DNA from: Blepharisma stoltei ATCC 30299
Lineage: Eukaryota > Protista > Ciliophora
Direction: 5' to 3'
Assembly (NCBI GenBank): GCA_965603825.1
Contig: CBFDEM010000061.1
Location: forward strand, 186,001 to 250,000
DNA length: 64,000 bases
The notes under the pieces were generated by a model. It saw only the letters and a list, made by a program, of their open reading frames with translations, made no database searches and was not told the DNA's origin. Made by a program: the position numbers and the translations under genes. The first letter of the stretch is position 1; each line of letters opens with the position of its first letter. This document shows, one piece after another, positions 1 through 12,900 of this stretch.

Positions 1-3000
1 CAGTAAAATAATAACCTCTATTAATAGTTGCTATAGGATCAGCTGCATCATAATTAGGATAAAAACTATTATCTTTGCCTGTAAGTACTGGTATATTTGA
101 CTTTAAATCGGTAACGACATCTTTTATTTGATGCGGCATCAAATTGAATACAAAAAAATTGGTATAAGCAGGATAAGCATTACAATTGCTACCATTTATA
201 AAATATCCAGTAGGGCAAAATGACATACACAAAGATTGAATCAGATAATACCCTGATATACAAGTAAGGCAGCCATTAAATTTAAGTGTAGAGCAAGATG
301 CACAAATTGAATGGCAAAGCTCACAGCTTTGGAAGTTGGGAACTCACAATGCATTTGCAAGACACATACAATGACCAGCTGATTTATAAGCATTTGTAAT
401 ACAGCTTGTGCATTCTCCTGAAAAAGTAGTGCATGATTCGCATTCTTTATCTCTGCAAAGGTTGCATGATAAGTCATTAACACATCCTTGGATGCAGCTA
501 GAGCAAGCTATACAGCTATCAGGGTATTTATCGAAATCGCATTCACTTAAGCACAAATGATTTGATGGACAAGCAGAGCAACCAGTCACACATGAAGAAG
601 TCGCATAATCATCAGCTTGGTAGCTATACGAGTTATATATTATTAATCTTGCTAAAAAACCGTGAAGTCCTGAAGTTCCAAAAGTTTCATCATTTCCTAT
701 ATAAAGGTAGCCTAAAATGGTATCTTTAAAATAGGTCAAAGAAGTAGTTGTAATAGAGCTAGTAGATACTGCATTGATGTAGAAATTAATAATGGTTTTT
801 CCATTAGACTGGACTTGGCCTGTAAAGCTTAAGAAATTCCAACTGCTTAAAATACTTGTAGAAGCTGTTAAAGTTTTAGAAGTTGAATCGGAAAATTTTA
901 TTGAGAGGACTGGAAACCCAGATGAGTCTACAGTTATCTTAAAAATATCGCTCGAGATGTACTTTGTTACCAATATTCCACCTGAAAGTGGTTTAGTTCA
1001 TATAGAAACTGCAAATGATGGCGCTATCATTACAGTCGATGATAAATATTTGCTGAATTTAAAATAGTAGCCTCTTTTATAAGCTGGAATTGGATCATTA
1101 GCATCAAAATTTGGATAAGTATAAGCATTATTAATACCTACATTGAACCCAGAAACCGTATCAAGACGAATCTGGTCTGTTAAATCCAGGCTTATTCCTA
1201 TATTTGATACATAATCACATGCATTTGTGATTGAATTTTTAATATACCCCGATGGACACTCACTTAAGCATTGTCCAGTTGAGGCAAACAAGAAAAACCC
1301 TGATATGCATGCAGTGCATTTATTATAAATCGAAATAGTACATAGAGAGCACTCGCTTGGACATAACGCACATGAGAGTCCATCTATAGAAGCCCCATAG
1401 CCAGGATTGCAAAAGCATGAACCAGAAACCAAATGAGCGCTAGAAATGCATTGAGTGCATTTTCCTGCTCCAAACCCTATACAAACTAAGCATAATATAT
1501 CATAACAAATATTGCAGGAATTTCCTCTAACACATCCTTTAGTGCATGAGCTGCAAGATAGGCAAGAAGCACCATTTTGATATGCTGAGAATAAACAAGT
1601 TGATAAGCAAGAAGATTTTAATCCAGCCCCACAAAATGAGAAGCCATTAAGGATACTTAAAAAATCACTAATTCTTACATTCCACAGCTGAAAAGAATAT
1701 AAAAACCCAACAAATCCAGAGCTGTTGCTTTTTCCCAATTTCAAATTAGTAGATGATTGGTCTCGAAAAATCAAATTAGGGTTGCTTAATGAGTTCACTA
1801 AATTTCCATTGACATAAATTTCAAAAATAGTCGTACTTGATGCGTAAGCTACTACGACTGATACGTAATTTCAAGCTGCGAGCAAAATACTTTGTGCTAA
1901 TGAAATTCATGACTCTACTTGCATATTATTTTCCAGTTTTACTCTCATAGATCCATCTGATACTATTTGTAGCTTATTTTTCCTTATAACAGTGTCATCA
2001 GTTATATCTCAGACTCATGTACCCGTAGAAAAGCTGTGAGAAAGTGAAACAGGCAATGAAGACTCTAAATACATGTTCCCATCAAAATAAAGACCTCTTT
2101 TATATGCAGGTATAGGATCAACTGCCTCAGGGGATACAAAATGCTGATAAGTGCTTGAAGAAGTTCCAGAAGTAAAAAAGCCATAAGAACCTTGAAAATC
2201 ACTATCAAAGAATAAATCAATAACTTTAGTTGAAACTTCTGTGCATGAAGCTCCATATCCATAAGGGCAGTCATTTAAGCATATATCATTTACCATCTGG
2301 CTTCCCGTTGTACAGCTGCTACATTCAAAATAGCTGGTTTGTTTGCAGACAGAACAAAGCATATCACAAACTTCACAATTACCTGGCTTCCAAAACGTGT
2401 TTGCCTTACATTTACATCCTCCTGATCCATCATTTTCTGCATTTGTGATACAGCTTGAGCAAGACCCAGAAAATGAATCACATGTTTTACATTGTAGAGT
2501 CTTACAAAGGGTGCATGTACCGCTAGAACTGCTATATCTACACCCATTCGTGCACGATCCTGCACAACTTTCACAAGCTGATCCATTATAAAACTCCAAA
2601 AATGGGCAAGTTTTAGGACAGTTATAGTCACTAGGACACTGAGTGCATGGAGAAGTGCAGCTTGACGTTTTATAGTCGTTGATATAATAACTTGCTGAAT
2701 TAAAAATTTTTAAATTGTATAAAAAACCTTCAAAACTGCTTGTGCCTGCATTTCCGATGTAAAGAGTACCAGTGTTTTGGTCCTGAAAATAAGTTTGTGT
2801 TGAAGATGTACTTGACCCTGTAGATATTGAGTTAAAATATGAGCTTATGGTCACTGTGTTGCTGCTTGAGTTAATATTTCCTGTAAATGAAACAAAGCTC
2901 CAGCTACTTGTCAAGATATCTTGAGATGATAAAACAGAAAGTGACGAAGAATCACTGAGAGTAAGCGAAAGTTTGGGAAATCCGCCATTGAGTTCTAGAC

Positions 3001-5445
3001 AAAAGATTTGTAACCCTGAAACTATTTTCGTTACAATTGGACCTGAAGATATTGGAAATACTCATATAGATATAGCAAAATATGGACCTATCACAGTATT
3101 CGTTTGCATGTAGCTTGATGATTTAAAATAATACCCTTGTAGATACTGAGGGTATGGATCGCCTGCCTCATAGGTTGGATAAACATTACTGGTAGGCCCA
3201 ACTTGCACCCCTGAGACTGAATCAAGCTTTATTTGGTCGTAAAGGGATAAGCTTAGCCCAATTCTTGATGAAAAAGTGCAAGTTTTTGTTGAGGAATCCT
3301 CTATAAATCCTGTTGGGCAGTTTATTAGACATACCTTATTAATTAGTAAAAAATAGCCAGAATTGCATGAAGTGCATAAAGTATCTAAAGGACCTACACA
3401 AGAAGCACATTTAGTATTGCAAGGAGAGCAAAGAGCTTGGCTTGCAGGCTGATAAAACCCAGAATTGCATTGGCAAGGAGATCCAGAAGCATTAGAAATG
3501 CACAGCGTACAGCTGTTTGATAAAAAAGATGAGCACTGGGCGCATAAAAAATCATCACAAATGTAGCAAGATGTCCCTCTAGTGCATCCCATTGTACAAG
3601 AGCCTGAGGCTAAGCATGGTTGGCAATTGCTTCCATCATAATAATAAGAATACTCACATGGCCATAAGGTTGATACCACTCCACCTGTAAAGCCATAAAG
3701 ATTATAGGGTGTAGAAAAGTCTGTAATGGTTTCTCCTCATAGCTGAAAATAGCTTATAAAGCCATTGAATTTTGGAGAGCCTTTGCCTATATACAGCTGC
3801 CCACCAGCTGGAAGCCTAAATACGTAATTTGCAACTGTAACTGCTGTCCCAGCTATCATATTTAGATATGGAGTTATTGTCGTAGATTTATTAATAAATC
3901 CAACTGAACAAGAAATATAGCTTCATGTTTTTAAAGTTATAGGATTCGATACAGTGTAGCTTGCTGTTGTACCGTCTCAAGTTTCTAAGTCAAAATAAAT
4001 AGTTCCTGCAGCACTAAAAATAAGTGTATTTGTGCTATCACTAATTAGAACCCCAGAAATAGCATAAGCCCAAATTCCTATGCTTCAAGTATTAGATAAA
4101 TTTATAGACCCACTCAAAAACTTATTCGAATCAAAATAAAGGCCTCTATTTTTAGCTGGTAATGGATCAGTCGTTTCTGCGCTATTCCAATAATTATAGC
4201 TTGTAGAGCTACTACCAGTAATCAATTCTGAAGCATATACCCCAGCAAATGGAGTATTAAAATCAGCTGTTAAAACTGGAAAACAATAGTGCCCTCCACA
4301 TTCCCATGCTCCATACGGAGTCCCATATAAGCAAACTCCTGCATTAGGTAATCCAAAATTGCATAATGTGCTTGTCCAAGTTTGGGTGCATTCTATTGCT
4401 AGATGGTCACAGCATAATGGAGGGATTCCTGTAGTGCATGCAGAGCAAGATGCAAAAGAATACCCAGTGCAAGAGCTACAATCTGTCGAAAAGCAAATTG
4501 AACAGTCGCTTCTAATGCATCAAGGCCAATTTGGGCATGAATTATTACAGTCATTGCAATTAGTTCCGTCTCAGTACTGCTTATCAGCACAATCAACTGT
4601 TGGAGTCGACGTTGGGCTATTTACTTCATTATCAACCCTTGTTTGAAGCCAATAAATAAACCCTTTAAACGAATCAACTGTACTTGTAGATCCAAGATTT
4701 CAAATATAAGTCCCACTAGGAAAACTCATCTCAGAATCAGCCCATGATGTGCTATAATCTGTACCTCCATCAGCATCAATGCTGAATGAGGCTGTATTAC
4801 AATTATCCTGGCTAAAATAAATTGACACATAATGCCAAGATGATGAATATGAATTGGCACTTATCTCTGAAACAGAATTTTGTGATCCGTCTGAGCCATT
4901 AATTAAAGCATCAAATTGATATTTCCCAAGGACTGAAGATATTCTTATATAAGAAATTGAGCCAATTAGGACGTTTAAAATTTCTCCACCTTCAAGAGCT
5001 TTTATTCATAATTTAAAATAAAATAAAGACCTGGGATAAAACTTGTGTTGCTGGACATCCCAGATGTAGGGGCAAAATAAAACCCACGGTCTAAGGTAGG
5101 TAAAGGGGAATTTTGTGATTGATCATTAAATGGGATTCCTCCTGGGTTTAAAAATTCTGTGCCGCTGGGATCCTGTATTTTGTCAAACGTAAAATCTTGA
5201 AAACCAGAAAATTCTAAAGTGAATAAAATTGTATTTGAAGGATCAGGCCCAGCGCAATATTTATAGCAGCTAGGACAAGTATTTTCATCTGAAAAGCGAG
5301 TTGGACACTCCTCTGTGCATATAAGGTTGTCAGTCATGTATTTTGGCTTATTGCAGCTAAGTCTTCCACCAGCAGTTAAACTATCATTTGGGCAAGCTGA
5401 AAGAACTAAAACAGCATGAGCGATTAAAATAAAGATCCTTAGCAT
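1..5445 (-). pseudogene. Paralogue 1: giant LamG/furin-repeat surface receptor. The 3' end runs off the window and there is a 1-bp frameshift near 5009-5011 (pseudogene or assembly error).
   Basis: ATG at 5445 gives a signal-like start, MLRIFILIAHAVLVLSACP. The first frame ends at TAA 5002-5004 (LNYE*). All downstream fragments (3062, 2015, 998, 344) share one other frame and are separated by TGA. The gene is collinear with paralogue 2 at offset 9410, rising to 9413 after a 3-nt indel near 4510 and to 9414 after the 1-nt deletion. Modules A-B-C1-D-E and part of F are visible. Confidence 0.75.
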
Positions 5446-5650
5446 TTTTATTATAAACTCATTCAATAACTTAAAAAATAAACAAAAACGATTAAAATTT
5501 AAAAATAAGCTTTTTAAGCAATAAGACTACAAATAGTGATTATTTTTAGAAATTAGGAAAGTCTATAGGCTTTTAGAGATGACTGGCGAAGAAAATAGAT
5601 AAACTAATATCTCTTATGAAATGGTATTTTACCATGTTTTTAGGATATAA
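5446..5650 (-). promoter_or_regulatory. Putative promoter/5'UTR of paralogue 1, conserved with 14860-15063 upstream of paralogue 2
   Basis: A shared non-coding block lies directly upstream of both ATGs. The conservation may only reflect how recent the duplication is. Confidence 0.35.
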
Positions 5651-5850
5651 TTGCTTTCCTCATTTCCAAATATACTTGAATTTTAAGCTTTTTAAAGACT
5701 TTTTATTAAGCCATCATTAAATGTTGAAAAATATTATCTGATATCTAGTGATTATATACAAATCAAATCGATGCTCTTCTCATATGCCTAAGTTAAATTA
5801 ATTTTATTAAAATTAAATGTCATAGATAATATAAAGGTTTCTAAATTAAA

Positions 5851-6990
5851 TTATAAAATAATTTTTTGATCAACTTGGCTGTGAGTTGGAAGTATTTTTG
5901 CTTTTTCAATATTTCCAGTGCTGAACTTAGCTCTAAAAAACTCATATACAGTCCTAACAAAAATAGTTATAGAAGCAAGTAACTGAACCCCTATTATTAT
6001 GACAATAATAATCACAATGCAATTTTCAATTTTAGACATCGCATTTGACTCGAGATTAAATAAATAAGCAACTGTGGAGCCCATTATTATACATATGAGT
6101 ATTTCAGAAACTAAGTTGCTTAATTGCGATATTTGGTCTTTAAAAGGACAATAAATTAATAGGTGCATGATAGTCATTAAGGAAAGCACAATATTAATAG
6201 TTACTTCTGTTTCTGGGTAATTTCTTAAATAGACTAAGTTTGCTATATAAATAAGCCTCCTTACAAAAAACACAAAATAATATTGGGTCGTTAGAAATTC
6301 TCGGTCAGTTCTAAACTCATAAAATAATGAGCCAAAAGAGGCAAAAAATGTTTTTTGATGTAATAAGATCCTTTTTTTATTTTTATAGGAAAATGCAAAA
6401 AATAATCCTGGAGTAATAATGAGTAATATGCCGACTGATGCACAGATAATAAAATTGATTATTTGTGTTGCGTTAGTAAACTTTAATTCGATAATTCCTA
6501 TACAAACTGCAGCTCCTAATTCAAGATAGCATTGAATCCAAAATCTCAAATAAAATGCAAATTGATATGACCTTAATGTTTTTCTAAGCTTATTACCAAC
6601 CCATCTATGAGAACATTTCGAAAAATAAAAAACTAATGGTAGAGCTACAATAGAAGTCAATATCAATGTAAAATCATTTCCTTGATTTATCAAAATTAGA
6701 TCTGTCTCAAATCCAAAATCCTGAGCTTGAGAATATGGAGTATTTCCTTCTTGTTCATCTATTAAATAAGAAAACATATTTGGAAATAAGTTAAAACTGT
6801 TCAGATTATTCAAAAACGCTCTTAGTTGGCTAGAAAAAGGAATTCCAGATAAAGTCAAGTAGCTAAGAATTTGCAATGTATTCATAATGCTTCATAAAGA
6901 GCTTGGATTTGGGCTTATAAATGATGACGCAAGAGCTGCAGCAACTGTAGTTTGCGCTACTGCTGTTGCTTGTGATGTAGTTGCTGCAAC
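5851..6990 (-). other. C-terminal membrane domain of about 8 TM helices (TRP/FLC/Pkd2-type, PF06011-like), present in paralogues 2-7
   Basis: Hydrophobic segments carry the motifs LWSxMNxLQILSY, YLRFWIQCYLE, FxxLFYEFR...YYFVFFxRRLIY and PF/YEDxxxQxxNLxxEI. These resemble the PF06011-type domain found behind large ectodomains in ciliates. The assignment is by eye. Confidence 0.6.
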
Positions 6991-9900
6991 ATCTGAGGAA
7001 TATGGATCAGGATTATAAGAATTCAAAATTACAGTAAAATCTGATGAATTTAAGATGCCATTAGACACTGATTTTACTTCTTTTAGATCTAAAAACGTCA
7101 ATTTAGCTAATGTGCCTTTAGAAATTTTCTCTTTTATGTTTAAAGATATATAATAAAAGGTGCTATTTACTTGCTCAATTTTACATGTAATTTCTCCTTG
7201 TTTTTCAATTAGTACTATAAAATCATAGACTCTAAGATCTTTTGCTAGGCTTTCTGAAAAGGTAAGCAAGAGGGAATTATCAAAGAAAACTGTAAGTTTT
7301 GCTGAAAAAGGAACCAATGTACAAGCTTTGATACCATTGTAGCCTAGATTGCAATAGCAGAGATCGGCTTTGAGGCTAGCGTTTTCTACACAAGCTGTAC
7401 ATTTTGTAGCAGATTCACAAAGAGTGCAGAGACTTGGACAGGGATAAAAGACTCCATCAGGACCTCTAAATCCGCCTTGTGCTATAGGAATGCAAGTGGT
7501 ATTATTTGGAGTTCCTAGCGCATGATTATCATCGCAGATGCATGAGTCAGGGTTTATAGCATTTTCTTTGCAAGTCACGCATTCTGCTGATGAATATCCA
7601 ATACAGTCTTCACATAATAAATTACTGCAGAGTGAGCAGGTGTCTCGTCAGTCCCTGCAAGACTTTTCGCATTTTATATTGCAATTATTGCACTTATTAT
7701 CAGCAGGCCCGCTCCAATATTCATTTATTTTGCAGTTTGGGATGCAGATTTGGTTTGTTGGACAAACATTGCAGTTTTCATTACACAATTTAGTCGACAG
7801 GCTTGATATTGGTTTTATTATGCTAAACATCTGAATACTATAAATAAAGCCTTGATAATAATTATAAAGTCCTTGTGAGCTAAGTTGGGCTCCTATAGTA
7901 ATTGTAGTATCAGAAACTGTATCAAAAAAAGCTCCATACCCTGAAGTTGCAGAGGAATCAGATAGGCCATTTATATAGCTTGACATTATATTATAGCCGC
8001 TATTTGGTTCTAGTGTAAATACAATATGACTTCATTCATAATTATTAAGCAAGGCTTGAGACTGGTATATGAAAGGAGATGAACTTATAATCAATGAAAT
8101 TGCTGGCTTACTGCCTATTAACAGGATTGAGTAAAGCACTGAAAAATTGTTAGTAATATCATGTTTCGATAACAGAGCAGAGGAAGAAATTTCTGTATTA
8201 ATTCATATAGAAATTGTGAAGGCAGTCCCAATTAGAAGATTTGGAGATGTATAGGTCGAATACTCAGGCAGCCTTAAAACTGAAGATTGCCCATTAAAAT
8301 AAAACCCTCTTAAATAAGCAGGGATAGGATCATCAGCTTCATAATCTGGATAAAATTGTTCAGATGACCCAGTTATGACTGGGATTGAGTTTGCTTTATC
8401 ATAAATGACTCCATTCAGAGTATTAAGGTCTAAGTCAAAAAATTTTTCTTTGGCTAGCATACATCCATTTGGAGAAGAATAATATCCTGCAGGACAGACA
8501 GCTTTGCAAACTCCTAAAGAACTAAAATATCCATCTGCACAAGATAAGCAGCCCAAAGAGCTAGAAGATATGCAGGTTTCGCAAGAAATATCACATAATT
8601 CGCAGACTTCATTAATAGTATTTCAATAATACCCAGAATTGCATTGGCAGCTGGTGCCTACTAAATTTGCGTTTGTTTTGCAAGTAATGCATGTATTTGT
8701 ATAGTCGTCACATACTTTGCAGATAACGTCTTTACATAAATTGCAGCTTTTATCACTTCTTACGCAGCCATTATTAGAGCAGCCAAACAAACAAGCTACA
8801 CAGATGCTGCCATCTAAGTATTTGTCTAAACCACAATTATCAATACAAGCATTGCTATTATCAATAGGGCAGAGGGAGCATGAATTGCAAGGACTTGAAA
8901 CTAAACTACTGACTGCTATTGGTGTATTATAGATTTTTAGATCCCATAAAAATCCATTAAAAGATGACACTAAAGATGTAGGGCTTGAATAGCATGCCCC
9001 AATTGCTATTAAAAACGAATTTTCTAAATCATTCAATCAGCTTGGTGCTAAATCGCTTGAAAGATCGCTTGCTCCATTTAGAGATAAAGTTACAATTTGC
9101 TGAGGGGTAGAACTTATGCCGGAAATTGCTGATATAAAATTTCATTGAGAAAGGGTAGCCTCTAATAAGGGATTAGAGCTTGTATAAGTAATTGTGGATG
9201 AGTCTTTTAGAGTCAATGTAAGAGATGGATATTTGTTTGTTAGTTCAAGGCTGATCGATTTTTTAAATAATCCGCTGTTAGCTTGCTTAGAAAAAATAAC
9301 CCCAGTGCCTACTATTGGTTTTATTCAAACTGCTATAGTAAATTTTGGTGCAAAAGTTAGTAGTGGTGTCGTAGTACCTGCATAAGGAGGCAGCTGCATA
9401 TAAGATGAGCCAGTAAAATAATAACCTCTATTAATAGTTGCTATAGGATCAGTTGCATCGTAATTAGGATAAAAGCTATTATCTTTGCCTGTAAGTACTG
9501 GTATATTTGACTTTAAATCGGTAACGACATCTTTTATTTGATGCGGCATCAAATTGAATACAAAAAAATTGGTATAAGCAGGATTAGCATTACAATTACT
9601 ACCATTTACAGTATATCCAGTAGGGCAAAATGACATACACAAAGATTGAACCAGATAGTACCCTGATATACAAGTAAGGCAGCCATTAAATTTTAGTGTA
9701 GAGCAAGATGCACAAATTGAATGGCACAGCTCGCAGCTTTGGAAGTTGGGAACTCATAATGCATTTGCAAGACACACACAATGACCAGCTGATTTATAAG
9801 CATTTGTAATACAGCTTGTGCATTCTCCTGAAAAAGTAGTGCATGATTCGCATTCTTTATCTCTACAGAGATTGCATGATAAGTCATTAACACATCCTTG

Positions 9901-12900
9901 GATGCAGCCAGTGCAAGTTATGCAGCTATCAGGGTATTTATCGAAATCGCATTCACTTAAGCACAAATGATTTGATGGACAAGTAGAGCAGCCAGAAACG
10001 CATGAAGAAGTAGCATAATCATCAGCTTGATTGCTATACGAATTATATATTATTAATCGTGCTAAAAAACCGTGAAGCCCTGAAGTTCCAAAAGTTTCAT
10101 CGTTTCCTATATAAAGGTATCCTAAAGTAGTATCTTTAAAGTAGGTCAAAGAAGCAGTTGTAATAGAGCTAGTAGATACTGCATTGATGTAGAGATTAAT
10201 AATGGTTTTTCCATCAGACTGGACTTGGCCTGTAAAGCTTAAGAAATGCCAACTGTTTAAAATACTTGTAGAAGCTGTTAAAGTTGTAGAAGTTGAATCA
10301 GAAAATATTACTGAGAGTACTGGAAACCCAGATGGGTCTACAGTTATCTTAAAAATATCGCTAGATATGTACTTTGTTACTAATATTCCATCTGAAAGTG
10401 GTTTAGTTCATATAGAAACTGTAAATGATGGCGCTATCATTACAGTCGATGATAAATATTTGCTGAATTTAAAATAGTAGCCTCTTTTATAAGCTGGAAT
10501 TGGATCATTAGCATCAAAATTTGGATAAGTATAAGCATTATTAATACCTACATTAAACCCAGAAACCGTATCAAGACGAATCTGGCCTGTTAAATCCAGG
10601 CTTATTCCTATATTTGATGCATAATCACATGCATTTGTGATTGAATTTTTAATATACCCCGATGGACACTCACTTAAGCATTGTCCAGTTGAGGCAAACA
10701 AGAAAAACCCTGAAATGCACGCAGTGCATTTATTATAAATCGAAATAGTACATAGAGAACACCCGCTTGGACATAACGCACACGAGAGTCCATCTATAGA
10801 AATCCCATAGCCAGGATTGCAAAAGCATGAGCCAGAAACCAAATGAGCACTAGAAATGCATTGAGTGCATTTTCCGGCTCCAAACCCTGTACAAACTAAG
10901 CATAATATATCATAACAAATATTGCAGGAATTTCCTCTAACGCATCCTTTAGTGCATGAGTTGCAAGATGGGCAAGAAGCACCATCTTGATATGAATAGA
11001 ATGAGCAAGCTGATAAGCAAGAAGATGTTAATCCAACCCCACAAAATGAAAAGCCATTAAGGATACTTGCAAAATTACTAATTCTTACATTTCACAGCTG
11101 AAAAGAATATAAAAACCCAACAAATCCAAAGCTGCCGACTCTTCCTAATTTCAAATTAGTTGATGATTGGTCTCGAAAAATCAAATTAGGATTACTTAAT
11201 GAGTTTTTTAAAACTCCATTGACATAAATTTCGAAAATAGTTGTACTTGATGCATAAGCTACTACGATTGATATAAAATTTCAACCTCCCAGCTGGTTAC
11301 TTTGTGTTAATGAAATTTCTGATTCTACTTGCATATTGTCTTCCAGTTTTACTATCATAGATCCAGGTGATGATATTTGTAGCCGATCTTTACTTATAAT
11401 AAAGTCATCACTTATATCCCAAACTCATGTCGCCATAGAAAAGGTGTGAGAAAGTGGAACAGGCAATGAAGACTGCAAATGCATGTTCCCATAAAAATAA
11501 AGACCTCTTTTATATGCAGGTATAGGATCAACTGCTTCAGGGGTTACAAAAGGCTGATAAGTGCTTGAAGAAGTCCCAGAAGTAAAAATGCCATAAGAGC
11601 CTTGAAAATCAGTATCAAATAATAAATCAATAACTGGAGTTGAGACTACTGTGCAAGAAGCTCCATATCCATAAGGGCAGTCATTTAAGCATATATCATT
11701 TACCATCTGGCTTCCCGTTGCACAGCTGCTACATTCAAAATAGCTGGTTTGTTTGCAGACAGAACAAAGAATATCACACACTTCACAATTACCTGGCTTC
11801 CAAAACGTGTTTGCCTTACATTTGCATCCTCCTGATCCATCATTCTCTGCATTTGTGATGCAGCTTGAGCAAGACCCAGAAAATGAATCACATGTTTTAC
11901 ATTGTAGAGTCTTACAAAGGGTGCATGTTCCGCTAGAACTGCTATATCTACATCCATTCGTGCACGATCCTGCACAACTTTCACAAACTGATCCATTATA
12001 AAACTCAAAAAATGGGCAAGTTTTAGGACAGTTATAGTCACTAGGACACTGAGTGCATGGAGAAGTGCAGCTTGAGGTTTTATAGTCGTTGATATAATAA
12101 CTTGCTGAATTAAAAATTTTTAAATTGTATAAAAAACCTTCAAAACTGCTTGTGCCTGCATTTCCGATGTAAAGAGTACCAGTGTTTTGGTCCTGAAAAT
12201 AAGTTTGTGTTGAAGATGTACTTGACCCTGTAGATATTGAGTTAAAATATGAATTTATGGTCACTGAGTTGCTGCTTGAGTCAATATTTCCTGCAAATGA
12301 AACAAAACTCCAGCTGCTTGTCAGGGTATTCTGAGATGATAAAACAGAAAGTGACGAAGAATCACTGAGAGAAAGTATAAGCTTGGGAAATCCGCCATTG
12401 AGTTCTAGACAAAAAATTTGTACCCCAGAAATTATTTTAGTTACAATTGGGCCTGAAGATACTGGAAATACTCATATAGATATAGCAAAATATGGAGATA
12501 TCACAGTATTTGTTAGCATATAGCTTGATGATTTAAAATAATACCCTTGGAGATACTGAGGGTATGGATCGCCTGTTTCATAAGTTGGATAAACATTATT
12601 GGTAGACCCAACTTGCACCCCTGATACTGAATCAAGCTTTATTTGGTCATAAAGGGATAAACTTAGCCCAATTCTTGATGAAAAAGTGCAAGTTTTTGTT
12701 GAGGAATCCTCTATAAATCCTGTTGGACAGTTTATTAGACATACCTTATTAATATATAAAAAATAGCCAGAATTGCATGAAGTGCATAAAGTATCTAAAG
12801 GACCTACACAAGAAGCACATTTTGTATGGCAAGGAGAACAAAGAGCTTGATTTGTAGGCTGATAAAACCCAGAATTGCATTGGCAAGGAGATCCAGAAGC

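Noticed and set aside
4995-5015. Euplotes-type programmed +1 frameshift in paralogue 1
   Set aside because: The required shift is -1/+2, the context is GAA-TAA rather than AAA-TAR, and the other six copies are in frame here.
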